The translations under genes and the position numbers were made by a program. Source: Octopus bimaculoides (Eukaryota). Taken from it: a stretch of 34,780 nt of DNA. The DNA lies in contig NC_068982.1 in the NCBI RefSeq assembly GCF_001194135.2, forward strand, positions 56,619,718 to 56,654,497. Reading direction: 5' to 3'. The notes beneath the pieces were generated by a model. The model did no database searches. It was not told where the DNA came from and saw only the letters and a list, made by a program, of their open reading frames with translations. This document shows positions 1-10,975 of this stretch, piece after piece (the first letter of the stretch is position 1; each line of letters starts with the position of its first letter).

Positions 1-174
1 AAGACTTGTTTTGTTTACGCTTTTCCCTCCGGTTTTTTGTTCTATGTGTGCCATAAATATCGCCATCCGTTTTAGAGAAAAATTTGTAGTTTAGAATCAG
101 TAGTTCTTTGACTGCTATTTCTAAATTTTCAGTATGTTGGAGAAGCAACTCAATTGCTAATCCCTGTATATTTA

Positions 175-242
<68 letters not shown>

Positions 243-962
243 GTATGAGCATTGTATGTATGTGCATGTTTAATTGAGAGTCTGTATGAATCGTAGCATA
301 CACAAACACTTACTTACACGGCTAATGTTCGTCCTCGCGCGGGCGTGTGTATGTCAAATGTGACCATAATTTAACGTATCACTGTCTTTCAAACTAGGTA
401 TTTTACAGCTGATAAATCTGCTTTGCATTCTCTATCATCTAGAGACATTAGTAGTTATTTCACCTTCACTCTTTCTCCCCATTTCTATTTACCACACATA
501 CACACACACATTTATCAGTTCCCTCGCTACGTATAACTGGATCTGTTATTATCTCAATTTGCCTGTCCCAACTAGCATTACTAGTGAGATGTTTATCAAC
601 CATTCCACTGCAATAACAATCGCCAGATAGCGATATCTATGCTGTAAAAACTCACAGCCAATTTCACTATGTTCAAATTGGAACCCCTACCTTCTACTAT
701 CTTATAGTGACTAATGCCTGTAACAAAAACACACAAAAGAAAAAAAACATTAACAAACAAATATTACGGACTAACTGCTCTAATAAGAGTTATATCCTAG
801 TTTTCTGTTTTTAGATTTTTGAAGCTTCCCCGGATGAAATTTTTGTCTACTAATCGTTGCTCTCATTTAGTTTATTTATTGTAGCAGTAGAAGCGTTTTA
901 GAAATGGATATTTTCAGTGACTTTGGTCATTGGCTCTTAACGCTCTGCTACAACAATATTGC

Positions 963-1144
963 CGGCGGGATGGCAGAACCTTTAGCACGACGAGCAAAAA
1001 TGCTTAGCGACGTTTCGTCCGTCCAGAAGTTCTGAGTCCGAGGTCGAGGTCGACTTTGTCTTTCATCCTTTCAGTGTCGATGTGATCGACTTAACCTCTC
1101 TCTCTCCCGAACTTGCTGGCTTTGCGCCAAAATTTCAAACCAAT
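963..1144 (+). mobile_element. SINE family A, degenerate copy
   Basis: Aligns by eye to the copy at 5890 (tggcagaa..ttagcac..tgcttagcg..ttctgagt..gaggtcgacttt..tttcatccttt..tcgactta..tgctggc..ccaaaattt). Confidence 0.75.
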
Positions 1145-1169
1145 CAATTGATTTATTATTAACGATTTC

Positions 1170-1330
1170 CATCGTCATCATCAATGTCCCTCTTCCATAG
1201 TGACATGATTTGTGGACGGATTTGACAGAGTCTGACGAGTCCAAGGACAGTATCGTGCTTCACTGCCGGCTATGACATGGTTTCTGCAACTGGACACACT
1301 TCCTAACACTGAGCACTTAGTTTAGAATGG
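1170..1330 (-). mobile_element. SINE/LINE 3' tail (family D), degenerate
   Basis: The reverse complement resembles the tail at 12270-12465 (gttaggaag..tccag..ccgtcca..atgatga). Recognition is partly from memory of octopus repeats. Confidence 0.45.
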
Positions 1331-2905
1331 TGGCAGCTGATGAAGGAAATGTTCTCTATGTGGCCTGTGTGTTTTCTGTGCTCTGTTTATGATCTGTTTT
1401 TCATTTTGTCCACGTTCCTTTTTGTGACGTCCTGTACCCAGATATGCATCTATATACTTATATATGCATATACTCACGTACAGACACACATTACGATGGA
1501 ATTTCAGTTTCTCTCTTCCAAATTTACTCACGTCCATGAGTGTAATACCCTTAACCACTAAGCTACGCGCCTCTACATACATACATGTCGCTTATACAGT
1601 TAAGCGCTTCATAGATGAGAAACCTATACTCACTCTCTGACCANNNNNNNNNNNNNNNNNNNNNNNNNNNNNNNNNNNNNNNNNNNNNNNNNNNNNNNNN
1701 NNNNNNNNNNNNNAGAGAGAGAGAGAGAGAGAGAAAGAGTGTGTGTGTGTATATACAGATTCGTGCGCATGCGCGACGTACAGGGATATTAAGAATGCAT
1801 TGCTAAAGAGACGAAAGCTTAATACGTGTGTAGAGTAAAGATTCATTGAGTTCGAAGGTTCAAAACTTCATAATGAGCAGTGGTTACTTTGTAGATCGGG
1901 ATAGACTTGCTGGTCTGATGATTATATAAATTTGTGTGTGTGAGAGAGAGAGGTTGAATTTGAAGTACATAAACCTATAGCATGCTAATATTGGGTTAAA
2001 ATACCCTTAGGATACAAAATGTCGAAGGTTGCTTGCCAGTGGGCCTCGAATTCACATGTTCTGCAAGCAAGACCGACATCCTATCATTGGACGATGCTAT
2101 TTACACGCTATCATTTATTGGTTTATTTACTTCGAGTTCGACTGTTATCAGTGAATTATTTCACGTTCTCTCTAAGTTTCTAAAATTATTATAACGTAAA
2201 CATATATAATGAATATACGTATAAGGCGTATTATAGACACAGACAATGCGCAAACCAAGTACCTAGACTCCATAGTCGAACCAAGCGAGACGGTCTCCAC
2301 AACAAGATCAAAACAAAGGAGTTGACTATAGGTCGTGCGTAGGTTTGTGTGTGCACATATATATATGTATGTATGTATATACACACACACGCACATACAC
2401 AAACGAACACACATACTGAGTCATTTATTACTCAACACCAAACAAAATGTCATGTTGTGAGCAGAAAAGGGGTTAGTTAGTTAAAGCGATTTTTATATAA
2501 CGCTTAAACAAATAGCCTGAGAGAGAGAGTAGTGAGAGGAGACAGAGACGGGTTAGCGAGAGATCCATGATGACAAACATGCAAGCAGTAAATGAATACA
2601 AAAAAGGAAAACAAAACAGAAAGAAAGCTATTATGTGGAGCTTCTGTACTATGACTAGAATCTGACCAAATATTCGAATGTGAAACGTCCAATATGGACA
2701 CAAATTTCATTTGAAAACGTCATAATATCATTTCAAACAGTATGCTATTATTATACATCGCGACATCAAGCTGAGGGAAAATGAGAGGGAGAAGTAGGTA
2801 GATGGGTAGAAATAGGGAATTAGGCGATAATTACAATTTGGACTGAATTAAAAAAAAAAAAAATTCATGCTCAAGTGTGATTGTGTGGCAAGAAGCTTAC
2901 TTACA

Positions 2906-3096
2906 GGCGGTGAGCTGGTAGAAACGTTAGCACGCCGGGCGAAATGCTTAGCGATATTTCGTCTGTCTTTACGTTCTGAGTTCAAATTCAGCCGAGGTCG
3001 ACTTTGCCTTTCATCCTTTCGGGGTCGATAAATTAAGTACCAGTTACACACTGTCCTTGTTTGTCCCCTCTATGCTTAGCCTCTTGTGGGCAATAA
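2906..3096 (+). mobile_element. tRNA-derived SINE family A
   Basis: Has A-box-like TGGTAGAAACG and B-box-like GAGTTCAAATTC motifs, and high similarity to 5890-6120 with an internal deletion. Truncated by an N gap. Confidence 0.85.
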
Positions 3097-3745
3097 NNNN
3101 NNNNNNNNNNNNNNNNNNNNNNNNNNNNNNNNNNNNNNNNNNNNNNNNNNNNNNNNNNNNNNNNNNNNNNNNNNNNNNNNNNNNNNNNNNNNNNNNNNNN
3201 NNNNNNNNNNNNNNNNNNNNNNNNNNNNNNNNNNNNNNNNNNNNNNNNNNNNNNNNNNNNNNNNNNNNNNNNNNNNNNNNNNNNNNNNNNNNNNNNNNNN
3301 NNNNNNNNNNNNNNNNNNNNNNNNNNNNNNNNNNNNNNNNNNNNNNNNNNNNNNNNNNNNNNNNNNNNNNNNNNNNNNNNNNNNNNNNNNNNNNNNNNNN
3401 NNNNNNNNNNNNNNNNNNNNNNNNNNNNNNNNNNNNNNNNNNNNNNNNNNNNNNNNNNNNNNNNNNNNNNNNNNNNNNNNNNNNNNNNNNNNNNNNNNNN
3501 NNNNNNNNNNNNNNNNNNNNNNNNNNNNNNNNNNNNNNNNNNNNNNNNNNNNNNNNNNNNNNNNNNNNNNNNNNNNNNNNNNNNNNNNNNNNNNNNNNNN
3601 NNNNNNNNNNNNNNNNNNNNNNNNNNNNNNNNNNNNNNNNNNNNNNNNNNNNNNNNNNNNNNNNNNNNNNNNNNNNNNNNNNNNNNNNNNNNNNNNNNNN
3701 NNNNNNNNNNNNNNNNNNNNNNNNNNNNNNNNNNNNNNNNNNNNN

Positions 3746-4235
3746 GCTTACGATTCACTTATCGCTAAATCAACCGCGATGAAGGTCGGTTCTCTATATC
3801 GAGCACATTACTATCTTTCCTTCGAATTTATTCTTTACCCTTATATATATATATATATATATCGCATTCGCCCTTGTATGGACTACTGTTGTCACATCTG
3901 GGTTGGGGGAGCTCAAAACGAGCTTCTAACATTAATGGTGCTGCTTTGGAAGCCAAAATTTCATCCCTCTCTCATCGCCTCGACAAAGTTTTTCTTTCTC
4001 TATAAATACTTTCATTGTTACTTCGAGATGTTCCCTCTCCTGTTCCCTCTTCTAAGGTTATCGTGTCTTTTTTTTACAAATTCTCGTCCTTTCATTTTTT
4101 TTGTCCCCTTTCTTGCAAGGAAGTGTTTCTACTCCAGTAGTTTTTTTCCTTCAGAACATCCTTCTAATGGGAATTTTCTTTCTTGCTTCCCAGATAAGTA
4201 CAGGCTTTGAACTCCAAAAAGTTTGCGTTCATCAT
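3746..4235 (+). mobile_element. CR1/Jockey-like LINE ORF2 C-terminal remnant
   Basis: Translates to KVGSLYRAHYYLSFEFILY..IRPCMDYCCHIW..LYKYFH..FYSSSFFP..SCFPDKY, resembling the post-RT region of invertebrate CR1/Jockey-group LINEs (IRPxMEYCCHIW; SFFPRT..WN.LP). Degenerate, and the 5' side is lost in the gap. Confidence 0.72.
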
Positions 4236-4329
4236 TTTATGATTTTTAGAGTAGCGTCTCATAACATTTTCCCCCTCTTCTAACTCCCAACATAATGCTT
4301 ACTTGAGGTATGCTGCATTGTTGGTTATT

Positions 4330-4560
4330 TGCCGATTTGTTGGAAATGACTTCCAATACATTATTCATTCTTTCCTCAACCACAATTTAAATAAAAGATC
4401 CTCTACATGGCTGTTTAACCTGCTGAAAATAACTACTAAATATTCCGCAAACAATTTCTTGCCTCAAAACAAAACAACCAACCAAACAAAAATCAATAAT
4501 GGGGACGCAATAGATACCCCATGCCTGGGAATAAACAGGTTTGTCGCGAATGAAACGTCT
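4330..4560 (-). mobile_element. Possible Penelope-like RT remnant
   Basis: One minus frame reads GVSIASPLL, then about 30 aa with a stop, then HVEDLLF. This resembles the GVAMGSP...YVDD spacing of Penelope-like RTs. Heavily degraded. Confidence 0.28.
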
Positions 4561-5851
4561 TCGATCATAAGTCCGCGTTATCAAGATTTATCTAAGACTC
4601 GGCAACAAGAATCAAACCTATGGCTTTGAATAATTTATTTTGGTTATTTTGGTCAACACACTGAGCCCCAAAACAACGAAGCGTATTGATGAAGTCCGCA
4701 TGACATACTAGTGCTACTTACTACCCTAGAAAAACTCACATACCAACAAGTGAAAGACGAAGGCCACACGAAACAGCAAAAGAGCCTCTTCGTGGTCGCA
4801 GCCAAGTGCTCCTCAAAGCAAACTAGCCTCTATTGTATTGAAAAAGGCTACATTGGATTACGTAATTTTAGAAATGTTATATCCTGAAAGAAAAGTTGAT
4901 CGCCGTCTGTTTGTCAGTAAAAACATCTGTGTAGAGTGAGGGAAGAAGGGGGGTGCTTTCACCTTAGTAATTAACAAGTTCTGATTAAAAACGCATGAAT
5001 TTTAAGTGCAAATCTGTCATCAAAGGGCAGTACAAACTTCAAGACTATATGTATATAATTCATATAGTTTTGTTGTTGTTGTTGTTGTTGTTGTTGTGTG
5101 TTTCTGTCTGTATGTCTTTCAACATAGAGACAACGCAAGGCAGACTTTCAACAAAGACTTTCACGGAACAATTTATGAATGTACGTGCATGATTAACAAA
5201 TATTTTTACCGGCAGCGTAGCGACGGATTACGACCTAGTGTGTGTGTATATATACATACACACACAAATTACGACTTCCAGTCATAGGTTGCTCTATCAT
5301 AATGAAGCTTAACTAAAGTAGCAACCCTCTTGGCGGCATTGGTGAGCTTACAAAGATGCGTTTGGTACTCAAAAGGAATGTGATTTTTCTAAAGTAAAAT
5401 ACTAAAATTAGGTAGAAATACTTATATTTTAAATACATTAAAAAAAAATCATTATCAGGATTCAAGTATGAGTACGAATAAGTGTTATTAGTGAATAGAA
5501 ATATGATACTGTGCCAAGAATCGATATTATTTTGCTATATAGCGGATTTACTAGTGAATAAGTTGCACTTTAATTTTAACTGACAAAACCTAGGCTGCGA
5601 TTTAAACACGGGACAAGGCTAAAACTATGAAGGGAAAGCATTTTGTACCAACAGTTAACACTAAATTAAGAATGCGGTTTATACATGAGTAAATGCGTTA
5701 TGTAGAAGTAATTTTATTTAAAAAAAAAAAACAAAAACAGGAAGGGGTCCACTAATCCATACAGATGCATAAAAAGAAGCCTTAGTTGAATGGGATGGTG
5801 TAAAGAAATGCGGATAGTAAACCACTGTGCAATATTAGCTTCAGTCTAAGT

Positions 5852-6283
5852 CAGCGAGCTGGCAGAATCGTTAGTACGCCGGGCGAAAAGGCGGCGAGCT
5901 GGCAGAAATGTCAGCACACCGGGCGAACTGCTTAGCGATATTTCGTCTGCCACTGCGTTCTGAGTTCAAATTCCGCCGAGGTCGACTTTGCCTTTCATCC
6001 TTTCGGGGTCGATAAATTAAGTACCAGTTACGCACTGGGGTCGGTATAATCGACTTAATCCGTTTGTCTGTCCTTGTTTGTCCCCTCTGTGTGTAGCCCC
6101 TTGTGGGCAGTAAAGAAATAGGTATTTCGTCCGTCTCTACGTTCTGAGTTCAGATCCCACCGAAGTCGATTTTACCTTTCATCCTTTCAGGTTCAATAAA
6201 ATAAGAACCGGTTGAGCACTAGGATCAATGAAATCGACTTGCCCCCATCCCCGAAATTGCTGGCCTTGTGCCAAAATCTGAAA
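5852..6283 (+). mobile_element. Composite/nested SINE family A (inner full copy 5890-6120)
   Basis: A head fragment at 5852-5889 is followed by a near-intact copy at 5890-6120, then a second body at 6121-6283 that resumes at GGTATTTCG and carries a different 3' end. Confidence 0.85.
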
Positions 6284-6409
6284 GTAATATTAGCTACAGT
6301 TTCATTAAAATAATCCGGTATTTAAAAAAAAACCTCTATAGGAGTGCTAACGCCACCTAAAGTCCAAGAACGACTGGTATTTCATAATTGACCAAAGGTT
6401 AAAGAGAGG

Positions 6410-6453
<44 letters not shown>

Positions 6454-6918
6454 AAGAGAGAGAGAAAGAGAGAAGAAACAAAAACATCAGTGCTTTGTTT
6501 ATTTCTTATTTCTTTTTCTCATTCGATAGACCGTGGAAAATTCTTCGCCAGATTTGTTATAGCTGTCCACGCATGGATGAGCACGAAAGAATGAGCGTGT
6601 GATTCTGTGAAATGTCACATTTGCGGTATTAGTCGTTATTCTAACATTGTACAAATTCCATACTCATGCGCGCGTGCGTGTGTGTGTGAGAGCGCGCGTG
6701 TGTGCACGTAAGCATGCATGTTACTCGTACATTTGGGTATGTACATCCAATTATGCGCGTGTGTATGTCTATGTATTTTTGTGTGTGAGAGTGTGTTTTG
6801 TGTGCAGGAATATATTTTTGTGTTGGACACACTCCAAAAACCTAAAAAACGTGTGTGCTCCAGCATGGCCGCAGTGAAGTGAATGAAACAAGAAAGTAAA
6901 AGAATATATGTGCCCTAA

Positions 6919-7057
6919 ATTGGTTTCAAATTTTGACACAAGACCAGCAGTTTCGGAGGAGAGGGTTAGTCGATTACACTGACCCCACCGCTCAGCTGGT
7001 ACTTATTTTATTGACCCCCGAGAAGATGAAAGGCGAAATCGATCCCAGCGGAATCTT
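6919..7057 (-). mobile_element. SINE family A, 3' part
   Basis: The reverse complement matches the 6121-6283 type (gatgaaaggcgaaatcga; ctggtacttatttt; aaattttgacacaag). Confidence 0.7.
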
Positions 7058-7706
7058 TACTTGTTTCATGAGGCACCGCCTTGAAAAGTTTAGCCATCAA
7101 TCGACCCCATTACTTTTAAAACTTAATTTATCGGTATCCTTTTGTTCAAAAGCTAAGTTACGGGGAGATAAGCTAATATACAGGGTGTCCACAAAGTCTG
7201 GGTACATGGAGTAAATAAAATCATAACAAACAATTAAGTATAAGAAATAATAATTTCTTAAAGTATGTGTTAATCCCCATGTACCCAGACTTTGTGGACA
7301 TCCTGTACATTGTGAAGCGGCGAGACAAACTTTCACCGCCTCTTTCGCTTTCTTTCTCTCTCCCTTATATACACACAGAAACAGAGAAAACGGCTTCTGC
7401 GCGTAAAGCTTTTTTATGTCCTGTACTTATTTTATCGGTATCTTTTTGTCCACACGCTAAATTATCGGGAGATAAGCCAATACACACTGTGAAGCGGAGA
7501 GACAAACTTTCTCCGCCTCTTTCTCTCTCTCACACACACACAAGGAAAAGGGCTACTGCGCGTAAACTGTCAACCAAATTCATTCATTAAAAAAAGACAC
7601 TGGTAAGACTGGGGCTAGTAGAAAACATTCGCCGCAAGTGCCGCGCAGTGCAACTGGAACGGTAACCATGTGGTCGCCAAGCAAACTTGTCAGTCAATCA
7701 ACCACA
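7058..7706 (-). mobile_element. Degenerate SINE family B with internal tandem duplication and MITE insertion
   Basis: Contains tttacttgtttca..gcaccgcctt..atcgacccc..gctaagttacgggg, then a duplicated middle (about 7120-7407 and 7424-7566), then the head region ctagtagaaaaca..agtgccgcgcagtg..accatgtggt. Confidence 0.6.
7181..7305. mobile_element. Tc1/mariner-type MITE (125 bp)
   Basis: 29-bp terminal inverted repeats CAGGGTGTCCACAAAGTCTGGGTACATGG / CCATGTACCCAGACTTTGTGGACATCCTG (1 mismatch). TA dinucleotide on both sides (7179-80, 7306-07) and an AT-rich interior. Confidence 0.88.
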
Positions 7707-8108
7707 CGCTTGTATCAAAACTTTTGTGCGTGTGAGTATTTCATTAAAACGTGAGCATGTGCGCGATATTTCTAGGAGCATGTGAGTAACACTCCCTTAA
7801 AAAGAGTAATGTATTCGTGCGCATATTAAAATATATACATGCACATTCCATTTAAAAATGACTGCGTGTATATCTCATTCAATTAAAATGTGTGTGTGTG
7901 TGAGAGAGAGAGAAAAAGAGAGAGAGATTGCGTACAGATCAGACACATGCATGTGCATACATTAAAGACCAATATTAACTTTTCCATAGAGAGGTTGAAA
8001 TTTTTAGCTTATCGAAAAATATATACATTGCATTAGAATTAAATCTACACACACATATCTGTCTGTCTGTCTGTCTATCTATCTATATTTATATATATAT
8101 ATTTATGT

Positions 8109-8139
<31 letters not shown>

Positions 8140-8532
8140 AAGAAAGAAAGAGAGAGAGAGAAACGATTCGCTAAACGGAAGAGGCGTTTGGTGGATAATA
8201 TACATTAATAGGTGAAGAAAATGTAAAAAGTTAGGGAGAAGGGAGAATTTGTAAAACTATTAACTTCGAAAAAATTTGCCAAGGAGAGTTCATAAACTTC
8301 CTCGTCGAAATCAAAAATCCGAGGAAATTATCGGGGGAAAAAAAAGGGGGGAAATGTTACAGCCGGTTGTATGCTGCCGTCCGACGAGAGAAGAGTTCTA
8401 TGCGCGCGCGCGCGTATGTGCAGTAAGTTTGATAAGTGTCATGCACAAAACTGCTTTGGAGTTAGTTATATAATTTCCTAGACTATAGATAGATAGATAA
8501 ATAGATAGATAGCAGAATAGACATACAGATAG

Positions 8533-8850
8533 ACGGATAGACAGACAGACAATCGGAGAAACAGACAGACAGACAGTCGGAGAAACAGACAGACAGACAG
8601 TCGTGGAAACAGACAGACAGACAGTCGTGGAAACAGACAGACAGACAATCGTGGAAACAGACAGACAGACAATCGTGGAAACAGACAGACAGACAATCGT
8701 GGAAACAGACAGACAGACAATCGTGGAAACAGACAGACAGACAATCGTGGAAACAGACAGACAGACAATCGTGGAAACAGACAGACAGACCGACAGACAG
8801 TCGTGGAAACAGACAGAGAGACAGTCGGAGAAACAGACAGCTGGAGAGAC
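8533..8850. repeat. 24-bp minisatellite built on (GACA)n, about 12 units
   Basis: Unit TCGTGGAAACAGACAGACAGACAA. Unit starts at 8553, 8577, 8601, 8625, 8649, 8673, 8697, 8721, 8745, 8769, 8801 and 8825. Confidence 0.92.
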
Positions 8851-9371
8851 AACCAGAGAGACAGCTGGTTAGATAGATAAACAGACAGACAGGCAAACAG
8901 ATGGCTGGAACGATACACATGCACAGAACGCCTATAAGAATGAATGGAAATAGCAAGTTGGACAGAAACGAAAAAAAAAAACAGGCAGGCAGGCAGCGAG
9001 CCAGGCAAGGAAGCTTAGCCTAGTCTGGTTGGTGTATATATGTAAAATGTGTGACATTGAAACAAGTCTAGAAAGGTGGCAGTACGTAAAATAAGTGCTA
9101 TCGGCAAACAACCTGAGCTGAATGAATGTCAAGTCAGAGAAAATGACAGCAGACAGACAGACAGACAGACAACCATTACAAACAGGCAACCGTTCATTGT
9201 AAGAAATGCAGGCCTCACAAATACGCAACATACATTAAGACGACGACATAGCACAAACTATTGTTTGCGTGTGTGCGAAAGCACATGGAAGTAGGTATAT
9301 GACTATATGCACATGTGTGTCTGTGTGTGTGTGTTTGCGCGGGCGTATGTTTATCGTGCAAAGTGAGTGGG

Positions 9372-9403
<32 letters not shown>

Positions 9404-9636
9404 TCATACACTATAGATATGTGTATATATATATATATATATACACACATTTTCAAATAATACATACCTTTTAGATTATTGGAGCGCATCCAACACAAAA
9501 GTATGCTCCCTCTCTCTCATAAACATACACGCGCGTATAAGCGTATAATTGCATATACACACCCAAACACACACAAATGTGTGAGCACGCATACATATGT
9601 GCCGTCGTGCACACACAAACTATGCTTCTATGTGCT

Positions 9637-9644
<8 letters not shown>

Positions 9645-9691
<47 letters not shown>

Positions 9692-9787
9692 CTACATACA
9701 TGTGTACATATATGTGTGTGTGTGTGTATATACATTTATATATATATATATATATGCATAAATAGTGTGCGTGTATATATATATATA

Positions 9788-9842
<55 letters not shown>

Positions 9843-9960
9843 CTACATACATGTGTACATATATGTGTGTGTGTGTATATACATTTATATATATATATGC
9901 ATAAATAGTGTGCGTGTATATATATATATGTGTGTGTATATATATATATATATATATACA
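9645..9960. repeat. Higher-order duplication (~145-150 bp) of a compound TA/CA/TG microsatellite
   Basis: The anchor CCTACATACATGTGTAC occurs at 9691 and 9842; GCATAAATAGTGTGCGTG occurs at 9756 and 9899. Confidence 0.8.
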
Positions 9961-10428
9961 TGCATAGATATGAGTATGTATATGTGTGTGTATATATGTA
10001 TATATATATATATATATATACATATATACACACACACACACACACATGCTTATATAAATCTGTATATGTCTGTTTCTCTTGCTCTTTATCTGTGTGTCCG
10101 TGTGTTGGCATTAAGAAAGACAACTATTTGAACTGAGAAAAATATTTTTGGAAGGAAAGCAAAACCCCACAGAACCTTGATCTTCAGAGTATGAATGCCA
10201 ACCAAATTTGTAGCATTGTCATAGACCCATGGAAATGCAGTGACTCACCCAGCTGAGAACTCTAGTGCATATCAAATCAAAGTTGTTTATACAAATATAT
10301 ACCATATATTAACTTCATCACAGGATTCTACAATAATCCAGAGCTTGTGGACAGTGGTGTGATCATCTGGGTCAAATGTGGTAAACATACACAATCAACT
10401 GTGGCCATCCATTTATATCCCTTTACTA

Positions 10429-10618
10429 TTTTACTTGTTTCAGTCATTTGACTGTGGCCATGCTGGAGCACCACCTTTAGTCGAGCAAATAGACCCCTAG
10501 GACTTATTCTTTGTAAGCCTAGTACTTATTTTATCGTTCTCTTTTGACGAACCGCTATGTTATGGGGACCTAAACACATCAGCATCGGTTGCCATGCGAT
10601 GTTGGGGAGACAAACACA

Positions 10619-10663
<45 letters not shown>

Positions 10664-10825
10664 ACGGGTTTCTTTCAGTTTCCATCTACCAAATCCACTC
10701 ACAAGGCTTTGGTCGGCCCGAGGCTATAGTAGAAGATGCTTGCCCATGGTGCCACGCAGTGGGACTGAGCCCGGAACCATGTGATTTGTAAGCAAGCTCC
10801 TTACCACACAGCCACTCCTACACCT
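10429..10825 (-). mobile_element. tRNA-derived SINE family B, full length, internal (CA)n
   Basis: The minus head has A-box-like TGGCTGTGTGG and B-box-like sequence, plus CCATGGGCAAGCATCTTCTAC (CORE-like CCTTGGGCAAGT position). Collinear with 15128-15522 and 32174-32555. Confidence 0.9.
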
Positions 10826-10834
10826 GGTCATATG

Positions 10835-10975
10835 GTCATATTTAAAATGCTTTGTTTCGCAACTGCATGGTCTCCAGTTCAATCTCCCAGTGCAGCATCT
10901 TTGGCAAGTGTCTTGTACTACTATAGTACAAGTTTGACAAATACTGTGTAAGTGGAATTGGTAGAAGGAAAGTTT
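10835..10975 (+). mobile_element. SINE family B 5' half, degenerate
   Basis: Contains gcaactgcatggtctccagttcaatc..ttggcaagtgtctt..gtaagtggaattggtagaaggaaa. Confidence 0.6.

Noticed and set aside
2041-2099. tRNA-like sequence on the minus strand
   Set aside because: A/B-box-like traces are present, but no acceptor stem or cloverleaf; at best a decayed SINE head.
3033-3782. Long ORFs spanning N runs (also 16113-16767, 19242-19761, 32979-33974)
   Set aside because: N codons are not counted as stops, so these are artefacts.
8478-9008. ORFs with ETDRQTIV / SVCLFPRL repeats
   Set aside because: They are open in several frames on both strands only because the 24-bp unit lacks stops; there is no splice or domain support.
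9235-10136. Many YIYI/HTHT/CVCV ORFs (also 13453-14118, 29980-30349, 31743-32259)
   Set aside because: These are translations of dinucleotide microsatellites.
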